Shown here: one piece after another, positions 55,833 through 64,000 of the stretch
How positions within the stretch are numbered: position 1 is the first letter of the stretch
Layout: each line of letters opens with the position of its first letter
Assembly (NCBI GenBank): GCA_024704765.1
Contig: JAKMXF010000266.1
Location: 248,001 to 312,000 of the forward strand
DNA: 64,000 bases
Direction: 5' to 3'
DNA from: Oopsacas minuta
Taxonomy: Eukaryota > Animalia > Porifera
Notes under the pieces: model-generated
What the model was told of the DNA's origin: nothing
Seen by the model: the letters and a program-made list of their open reading frames with translations, nothing else
The model's database searches: none
Program-made: the position numbers and the translations under genes

Positions 55833-58561
55833 ATGCGTTGGAATAGGTTTTGGATTCGAGCACAGTTTTATATACTTTTGTTCTTTATCTTTTCATTTGT
55901 AAATGGGCAGAGTCAGTGGGATGTTCGGGAGACTGGAAATGGAGTTGAGATCTATATGAATAATAATAACTGGTACTATTTACGGCATAGTATGTTCGAT
56001 TACAAGGAAGGTGGACCTCTTTGTGATGCTCTGTCTTCATCACTAGTTGACTATGAGGAAATATCAATTGATGACTCAGAACTTGTAAAGTTGAGCTGTC
56101 CAGATAATGTTGATATGCTTTCTGAGTGCAATGGAAACATTGATAGTGGACAAGATGACATGTTGGGGATAAACTGCATGGCGAGTGATGACGTGGAAGG
56201 AAGCGTATATAGACTAGAAGATGGGAGAATCTTGTACCTTTATAAACCAGCTAAAATAAATTTCTTCGTATGGGCACACATATGTTACAAGGAGAATAAT
56301 GGTTGGGATACTAAGGCAGCTAATTTATTCTGTCAAGAACTTGGCTTTGAAAACGTGGTAGAAGACATGGAGAAAGTAAAATACAATGATAATGTAGAAG
56401 CATTTGGTTTGAAGAGTTTTCAATGCGATAGTGAGGCGACTTCTTTCAGCGATTGTACCTTCAGTGCGAAAGGGGGAAGTGGAAGATGCAAAGATGATGA
56501 AGTTATTACAATCGAATGTGAGAATCCTATAACTACAGCACAAGCAACAACTCCTACGACACAACCAACAACACAACCTACAACACAACCTACAACTCCT
56601 ACTACACAACCTACAACACAACCTACAACTCCTACTACACAACCCACAACCCCTGCAACAACACAACCAACAACTCCTACGACACAAGCGACAATACCTA
56701 CGACACAAGCGACAATACCTACAACGAAAGCACAGACAATAATTGAAGGAACTATCAATGAATCAACGATGACTACCGTAACAAATACAACACAACATAA
56801 TACAACTATACAACAAAGCCACTCAAACACTGATTTTTCATCTCAAACAATAACACCGTCATCAAATACCACCGGAAATCCGAATCCAGCAATTAATAAC
56901 CAACCCATGACAATCATTGCAATCATAATCTGTTTGTTAGTTTTTGTTCTGCTACTAATCGTCTGTTTCATTATACTCTTCTTCGTTGTTTTAAAGTATA
57001 GAAAAGGAGGATTAAGATCAAAGGAAATCAATGGTCGACACAACTTATCTTTGCTGGTCCAACCTATAAACAGTGATAGCGAGCAGTATTATAATGCATT
57101 TCCAGCTTCAGACTACATGGAACCAACTAAGATGTTTGATCAAAACTATTCTAATATAGATACAATTTTTGATGAAAGTATATACGAAGAGTTGCTTGTT
57201 GGCTATGCACACTATGTACCATCCTCTGATGAGAGGAATTACTACTCGATTGATGAAAACGAAAAAAATTCCAATGAATACCAGTGTACGACCGAAAATA
57301 CATATCAAACTTCGCTGTTCTGTGAATCTGAGTACTGGGAACCAGGCACTACAATTGAAGGAATTTATGCTCAAATGTCACACAATCATTTCCGTGAAAT
57401 TTGTAGAAGTGAATTGGTCCAGGACAAAATTTTGGGAGAAGGGAATTTCGGGTTAGTTATGAGTGGAAACTGGAATGGCAGAGGAAGTAATTTACCAGTT
57501 GCTATGAAAAGTCTTAAAAACGAAAGTGAAGGATCAGATATAAACTTTCTCCAAGAAGCTGCTATCTTGGGGCAATTTAATCATCCGAACGTTCTCAAAC
57601 TTCTGGGAGTGGTCACTATTACCAAACCCCTTACAATGGTAACGGAACTATTGCGTACTGGGCTCAAAGAATATTTAAATAACACAAGACGTTCGGGTGA
57701 AGCCAAATTTGATGTTTTCGGTGCTCTTTTCCTAAGATTCAGTAACGATATTGCAAACGGTATGCGGCATTTATCGAGTAAGAAGTTCATTCATAGAGAT
57801 CTGTCTGCCAGGAATGTTCTAATTAGCAACGGTTTGAGATGCAAAATATCAGACTTCGGTCTAGCACGTCATGCAATTGAGGAAGACGAATACTACACAT
57901 CTTCTGGTGGTCTGATTCCTCTCAAATGGACAGCTCCTGAAGCTATCTTCTACAAGAAGTATTCAGAGAAGAGTGATATTTGGAGTTACGGCATTACACT
58001 CTATGAAATATGGTCTGTAGGAGCAGTACCTTGGAAAGGAGTCAAAGCGGATGAAGTGAGTTGCAATAAACTTTTAATTATTTAATTGAGCGCAGGGGGG
58101 CTAGAAAAATGCAAGACTTATGAATAAATATTTACCGCAACCATCTAGAAGATTGTTATGATAAGCTTACGCCTCAATTTACTATGTAACAAATTTTTTT
58201 GTATTTTCAAAAACCGACTAATATTTTGAAAAAGGCCCACGAAAATACTATTCAAAACGGTAATCTATTTTCACACACTAATTATCTGCGTTTTTAGATT
58301 ATCCAAAACGTAAGCAATGGAATTATTCTCTCTCCGCCTTCTGGCTGTCCAAAGAAAGTATATGAACTGATGGTGGACTGTTGGAATCCCTCCAAAGACA
58401 TGAGACCAACTTTCACTGAGATTGCAACTAATTTTAAGGGTAATGACGATGTATTTCTTGAAAGGGGAAACAGTAGGTTAGAACAAATGGATTTCGGACA
58501 ACCTCCTGAAACCGTGAAGAACCTGTTCCAAGACCTCCAAACAAAATATATGAGTGTATAA
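55833..58561 (+). CDS. SRCR-like receptor tyrosine kinase with TTQP-repeat stalk; exons 55833-58055, 58298-58561
   Basis: ATG 55833; GEGNFG, VAMK, HRDLSARN, DFG, EYYTSSGGLIPLKWTAPE. Confidence 0.9.
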
Positions 58562-58966
58562 CTATACTCGTACTTCCCCTATAGACTACTGTTTGCATGA
58601 TTAGAATAACTATCCTGGTCTATCCCCCTTTGTACTATGTTTACCAATTACTATTACTCAATAAACTTTTGTACTGGTTAATATAGACGTAATATAGATA
58701 TTGTTTGTCTGTAATATATTATGTAGCAAATAATAATGTATGTCTTGCCCCCAATTATGAGAACTATATTAAATACGCATGCTAAGAGAATTAATTTATC
58801 AAATTTCCTGAAATTTGAATACATTTAAGTGATGTAACAGTGTTGAAGGGTCCTAGCATGGTATCAGTTAACCTGATATCTTTACTTAATTAAGCCTAAA
58901 TTCAAATTACAAGGAGAAAGTATAAATTTGATAGTAAATTATTTTAATCCAAATAATATTAAAACT

Positions 58967-61900
58967 ATGCGACTTCTGAATTTTATCTTCCTTACGCTAT
59001 TCACTATTGTCTTACATGGAAACATTGTATCCACCCAAGGTAATTGTGTTCCGCCAATAGAAGAATCTATATTATCTTCTGATGTAAGGGTTGAAGTATT
59101 AGACAGTGGTAGTGAAAGTAATCCAGGTATTATGGCAGTTATTGATGACGTAGCCTACAATTGTCTAGTACATGCAGAAGTTCCACTCTTTTACTTATAT
59201 GCAGGCATTACCATCCAATACACTATTTCTCCCGGTGGTGCAAATGGATACTTTCGGGCAGTGTATTCATGTGATGGTAGTTCAAACTGGGTTAAGTTTG
59301 ACTATAGTTCATCTTCAGAGATTGGTACTGAGGCTTTCTTGTCAACTGAGTTTCAAAGAGAAAACTGCAGTTCTTGTAGCCTCGCAGCTGGAGATTATCT
59401 ATGTGTTCCTTGCAATGCTCAATGTTTAGACCCCTCCACCTCTTTGGGATACTGTTACGGAACTGCTAGTAGTGAGTGTTGTAATTTTATCTTAAATGAA
59501 ACTTGCGCGATAACATGTCCAGAAAATTTTGAAGGTAATGCCTCTAATATATGTGTATGTGAGAATTTATGGATGGGAGCACAATGTGACCAGTGTCCAA
59601 TCCCGTGCGTGAACGGATCCTACAATGCAAACTGTACATCTTGTGATTGTATACCGGGATTCGATGGAAATCTTTGTGATAACAATATTAATGAATGTGA
59701 ACAAATGCCTTGCATGAACAACGGGACCTGTGTAGACCAAGTGAATGACTACAATTGTGCCTGTGTGAATGAGTGGATGGGAAAAGACTGTAGCGATTGT
59801 GGTCTAACCTGCAATAATGGGCAGCAAAACTCGATATGTTCTGTATGTGAGTGTGATCCCGGCTATACAGGAAGTATGTGTGAAACAGACATAAATGAAT
59901 GTATACCAGAGCCTTGCATAAACAACGGAACCTGTATAGACCAAGTGAATGACTACAACTGCACCTGTGTAAACGAATGGATGGGTAAGAACTGTAGTGA
60001 CTGTGGTCTGACCTGCATTAATGGTCAGCAAAACTCGAATTGTTCTGTATGTCTGTGTGATCCCGGTTATACAGGAAACATGTGTGAAATCGACATAAAT
60101 GAATGTGAACAATTTCCTTGCATGAACAATGGAACCTGTCAAGATCAAGTGAATGACTACAACTGCATCTGTGTGAATGAATGGATGGGAAAAAACTGTA
60201 GTGATTGTGGCCTGACATGCAATAATGGCCAGCAAAACTTGAATTGTTCCATCTGCATCTGTGATCCTGGTTACACAGGAAGCAAGTGTGAAATAGACAT
60301 AAATGAATGTATGCCAGAGCCTTGCATGAACAATGGAACCTGTCTAGATCAAATCAACGACTACAATTGTACCTGTGTTAATGAATGGATGGGTAAGAAC
60401 TGTAGTGAATGTGGTCTGACCTGCAATAATGGCCTGCAAAATTCGAATTGCTCTGTATGTGTATGTGATCCCGGGTTCACTGGAAACATGTGTGAAACGA
60501 ATATAGATGATTGTGAGCCAGAGCCTTGTATGAACAATGGAACCTGCCTAGATCAAATCAACGACTACAATTGTACCTGTGTTAATGAATGGATGGGTAA
60601 GAACTGTAGTGATTGTGGCCTGACATGCAATAATGGCCAGCAAAACTTGGATTGTTCCATCTGTATCTGTAATCCTGGTTACACAGGAAGCATGTGTGAA
60701 ATAGACATAAATGAATGTATGCCAGAGCCTTGCATGAACAATGGAACCTGTCTAGATCAAATCAACGACTACAATTGTACCTGTGTGAACGAATGGATGG
60801 GGAAAAACTGCAGTGATTGTGGTCTGACCTGTATTAATGGTCAGCAAAACTCGAATTGTTCTGTATGTCTGTGTGATCCCGGGTATACAGGAACCGCCTG
60901 CGAGATAGACATAAATGATTGTGAACCAGAGCCTTGCATGAACAATGGGACCTGTGTAGACCAAGTGAATGATTACAACTGCACCTGTGTGAATGGATGG
61001 GTAGGCAAAAACTGTAGTGAATGTGGTCTGACCTGCAATAATGGCCAGCAAAACTCGAATTGTTCTGTATGCCTGTGTGATCCCGGGTATACAGGAACTG
61101 CCTGCGAGATAGACATAAATGATTGTGAACCAGAGCCGTGCATGAACAATGGGACTTGTCAAGATCAAGTCAATGACTATAACTGTACCTGTGTAATCGA
61201 ATGGATTGGTAAAAACTGTAGTGAATGTCCGCTAAATTGCAATAACGGAACCCAATCGGAAAATTGTTCAATTTGTATCTGTGAATCCGAGTATACAGGT
61301 ACAAATTGTGAAGTATTTATTGATCCTTGCGATAGTAACCCATGCAGTAATGGTGGTGAATGCATCACGAATGGCACTACATATGAATGTCTATGTCCTC
61401 CAGGTTATATAGGAGAGAACTGTGGTGCTGGAGTGTTTGTATGCAACAGTTCAGATACTTGCAATGACGGAGCGTGTGTTGAGTTAGAGGAAGTTGATTT
61501 AATTGAAGGAGTTCCTCCATCGTACTGTGAATGTACACCTACCTACTTTGGAACATTCTGTACTGAACTAATTAACAACTGTGTCCCCGAAGCATGTCAG
61601 AATGGAGGAAGATGTGACATTGGGCCGAATTTAGAATACGGTCTAAACTTCACATGCGCTTGTAAATTACCATTTTTTGGTCCAAATTGTCAGTTATGTC
61701 CATTAGATGGTCGTTGTGAGAACAATGGAGTGATTTCATCTGACTGTTCAAGGTGCATTTGTAAATCTCCCTACGCAGGTACATATTGCAGCGAATCACA
61801 ATGCCCAGACAATCAAGTTATAGATGATAATAAATGCATGGATACATGCACAACAGAGAACTACCAACCTTCAGCTGCTAATGTGGGTATTTGCACTGCT

Positions 61901-62371
61901 TGCGGAATTGAGAATTGTGTACAGTGTGCTATAAATATGATGGTATGCATAGAGTGTAAAGGTGGATACGTTCTTGAGGCAGAGGAATGTGTACCCATAT
62001 TGCCTGGATGCGGTATTGAGAATTGTGCTCAATGTTACTCTGGCATTTGTACAGTTTGTTTCAGCAATTATTCTCTAACCTTTGAGAATAGTTGTGGACC
62101 GATTCAAGTTAATCCAATACCAATAACCAACACAGACAATACACTTGCAATTATACTAGGCACCATCGCTGGCCTAGCTTTGCTTTGCATGATTATAGCA
62201 GGCCTTCTAATAGCCGCAGGAATTGCAATAGTTTATTATAAAAAGTCAAAACTACAACTAATACGAGCAGATCCAGATCCAGATAAGGAAATGAACGGAG
62301 TAAACTTTGATAATCCTCTTTATGAAAGTAGGCTAACTGAAAGCAAGGAAAACCTCGTGGAGTCTCCTTGA
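58967..62371 (+). CDS. Single-pass multi-EGF / furin-like Cys-rich receptor with cytoplasmic FDNPLY (NPxY)
   Basis: Signal peptide; calcium-binding EGF consensus (DINEC..PC.NNG.C.DQVNDY.C.C); CxxC-rich juxtamembrane repeats; TM; NPLY at 62312-62323. Intronless. Confidence 0.88.
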   Translation: MRLLNFIFLTLFTIVLHGNIVSTQGNCVPPIEESILSSDVRVEVLDSGSESNPGIMAVIDDVAYNCLVHAEVPLFYLYAGITIQYTISPGGANGYFRAVYSCDGSSNWVKFDYSSSSEIGTEAFLSTEFQRENCSSCSLAAGDYLCVPCNAQCLDPSTSLGYCYGTASSECCNFILNETCAITCPENFEGNASNICVCENLWMGAQCDQCPIPCVNGSYNANCTSCDCIPGFDGNLCDNNINECEQMPCMNNGTCVDQVNDYNCACVNEWMGKDCSDCGLTCNNGQQNSICSVCECDPGYTGSMCETDINECIPEPCINNGTCIDQVNDYNCTCVNEWMGKNCSDCGLTCINGQQNSNCSVCLCDPGYTGNMCEIDINECEQFPCMNNGTCQDQVNDYNCICVNEWMGKNCSDCGLTCNNGQQNLNCSICICDPGYTGSKCEIDINECMPEPCMNNGTCLDQINDYNCTCVNEWMGKNCSECGLTCNNGLQNSNCSVCVCDPGFTGNMCETNIDDCEPEPCMNNGTCLDQINDYNCTCVNEWMGKNCSDCGLTCNNGQQNLDCSICICNPGYTGSMCEIDINECMPEPCMNNGTCLDQINDYNCTCVNEWMGKNCSDCGLTCINGQQNSNCSVCLCDPGYTGTACEIDINDCEPEPCMNNGTCVDQVNDYNCTCVNGWVGKNCSECGLTCNNGQQNSNCSVCLCDPGYTGTACEIDINDCEPEPCMNNGTCQDQVNDYNCTCVIEWIGKNCSECPLNCNNGTQSENCSICICESEYTGTNCEVFIDPCDSNPCSNGGECITNGTTYECLCPPGYIGENCGAGVFVCNSSDTCNDGACVELEEVDLIEGVPPSYCECTPTYFGTFCTELINNCVPEACQNGGRCDIGPNLEYGLNFTCACKLPFFGPNCQLCPLDGRCENNGVISSDCSRCICKSPYAGTYCSESQCPDNQVIDDNKCMDTCTTENYQPSAANVGICTACGIENCVQCAINMMVCIECKGGYVLEAEECVPILPGCGIENCAQCYSGICTVCFSNYSLTFENSCGPIQVNPIPITNTDNTLAIILGTIAGLALLCMIIAGLLIAAGIAIVYYKKSKLQLIRADPDPDKEMNGVNFDNPLYESRLTESKENLVESP
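59690..61321 (+). repeat. Eight coding tandem units of 204 bp (68 aa)
   Basis: Unit starts at 59690, 59894, 60098, 60302, 60506, 60710, 60914, 61118. Confidence 0.92.
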
Positions 62372-62705
62372 ATACAAAACGATAGATTGTAACGTATGTT
62401 ATGTATCCAGTTACATACTTCCCAACTTGTACCTTTATGTATAATGCTTAGATTTCTGGAATCTATATATAAACTAATTATACATTTTCATGAATTGTGT
62501 GCATATTGTAAAACGAGCCTATTGCAGAACTTTCAGCACTCACGATTACGGGCTACCTTCCTATGAATGTTATCCTCATTCCGAATTCCTTCGAGGGAAC
62601 ACTGGAATTCCCAGTGAACGGCCCAATATCCCATTTGTAATGTTAAGTCACGCCAATTTTCACTTTTATATCGAAGTTATATTGTCTAAACAGAGAGAAT
62701 ATAAT

Positions 62706-62770
62706 TACAGTAGAACTGTGATGAGACATACCACCTCGGGAAACAAAAAATAGTACGTCTCATCAGAATA
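62706..62770. mobile_element. Degenerate CAGTAGAAC-type MITE-like element
   Basis: TACAGTAGAACTGTGATGAGAC ... GTCTCATCAG; right terminus decayed. Confidence 0.4.
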
Positions 62771-63046
62771 TTTTCCAATACAATTAGTACAAAATTGAAA
62801 TTGATGATCCGTTTTTGAGAAAATACTTCTTATCCGAGTTTTACTGTACATTCCAAAACTAATCAAAATGCCATTCCTCCTATAATTGTATTTATTCCTA
62901 GTATGCTTATACAGCTTACTAACCAGGAGGTTATCAATCTTCTACTGTCCTTACTTGAATTCTTTTATTGTTTTATTCATTTAATTTACATTATTTCGCT
63001 ATTTTATTGAATTATAGCAATACTATCCTGACCAGACTATACTGTT

Positions 63047-63994
63047 ATGGCTGATACATCCACAACAACAACCGATCCAGGTATGGCGATTATATTTAGT
63101 GTCTAGAATCGTATGCTAATATACTCGACAAAGTGGTTAGAAAGTAAATACAGTGGATGCCGATTATAAGAGCACGTATTGATACCCCAAAGGGGGTTCT
63201 TATAACCTGCATCCACTGCACCTCGTCCAAGCGTGTTAATTTCCATACAAACAAAGTCCAAAATGCTACCAACCTGAACCTTTATGTAATAAATTTTGTG
63301 TTTCCGGAATATTTTTGGGAAATTAGTTTATAGAATATATTTTCAGGATATGTCCATTGTCATTTCTCAAAGTCTTTCCCGCAATTCATCCCAACGACAT
63401 TTACAATCACCTTCCGTTATATCGAACATATATAAATCGAAACGCCCGTTTATTTTGAAATAATCATCACGGTACTGTGAGCTTCGAGATAACGGGAGTT
63501 GAATCACTTGACCTTATTTATTATATATACACATTTATATCAGATACAAGTGCTACAATTGAGACTCCTCCTGATGAAGGTGAGTTGTAGCTAATTCCTG
63601 TTTCTCTCGGAAATTTGAATCCTCAAATAACTTCTATATAATTGCTGTATAAAACCGGGCGTGTAAATAGAATATTCTCGAATCAGTATTGGAATGTTAT
63701 TGACCGTTTGTTTCATTAATTTAATTCTCGTAACCATTTCCCTTGATTGAACGATTATAGTTAATAAAGTTACGTTCTCTAGCGTCAAGCACCGAATCTA
63801 AACCAGTAACTGAACCCGCTGAGAAACCAGCTGTAGAACCTGTAGCAGAACCCGTAGAACCAGCTGTAGAACCTGTAGCAGAACCCTTAGAACCAGCTGT
63901 AACTAATGAGGGAGCTCTGAAAGAGCTCGCTGCTCCTGAAGATGAAGTAAGACAGAAACCAATATCCAAGACTGTATACCTTCCCAGGAGTAAG
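63047..63994 (+). CDS. 5' part of an unidentified spliced gene; exons 63047-63080, 63544-63579, 63783-63994, continuing beyond the window
   Basis: Phase-1 GT-AG junctions join to MADTSTTTTDP-DTSATIETPPDE-ASSTESKPVTEPAEKPAVEPVAEPVEPAVEP...; donor GTAATT at 63995. Not in the ORF track on this strand. Confidence 0.65.
63149..63220. mobile_element. MITE with CAGTGGATGC termini, intronic
   Basis: TACAGTGGATGCCGATTATAAGA ... TCTTATAACCTGCATCCACTGCA. Confidence 0.7.
63402..63506. mobile_element. MITE family A degenerate copy, intronic
   Basis: TACAATCACCTTCCGTTATATCGAA ... GAGCTTCGAGATAACGGGAGTTGA. Confidence 0.65.
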
Positions 63995-64000
63995 GTAATT

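Noticed and set aside
40513-58561. True Eph receptor orthologs
   Set aside because: Kinase domains are Eph-like, but ephrin-binding, FN3 and SAM domains are absent.
58967-62371. Notch or Delta/Jagged
   Set aside because: No LNR, ankyrin or recognisable DSL domain; the tail is short with NPxY.
1-64000. Prokaryotic or phage interpretation (operons, TTG/GTG starts in the ORF track)
   Set aside because: Phase-consistent spliceosomal introns and animal genes (14-3-3, BUD13, PITRM1, RTKs) show a eukaryotic genome; most TTG/GTG starts have a downstream ATG or are exon fragments.

Overview
AT-rich, gene-dense eukaryotic (animal) genomic DNA with short GT-AG introns and many intronless genes. Gene content (degenerate SRCR receptors, Eph-type tyrosine kinases, RING-less NHL proteins, compact introns) suggests a sponge, possibly a glass sponge; this is inference. 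Order along the window: small Maf/CNC-like bZIP; two carbohydrate sulfotransferases forming a ~1.05 kb inverted repeat; the 3' exons of KLHL8; two caspase-like genes with an NKCR active-site motif; a secreted ComEC-type metallo-beta-lactamase divergent from a double-domain, probably GPI-anchored DNase I; a 6-exon TRPA-like channel; a Frizzled-like receptor without a CRD; a block of kinase-less tyrosine-tailed receptors bracketed by two NHL genes (21-31.5 kb); a housekeeping spacer (BUD13, 14-3-3, PITRM1 with a nested antisense gene); a block of five receptor tyrosine kinases and two mucin-stalk receptors (40.5-58.6 kb); an EGF-repeat NPxY receptor; and the first exons of a further gene. The most striking signal is a 13-gene receptor set that mixes one degenerate SRCR ectodomain with or without a kinase, and includes ectodomain-less kinase/adaptor chains and visible recent module swapping. 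No rRNA, tRNA or CRISPR was recognised. Exon boundaries and difference counts were read by eye.
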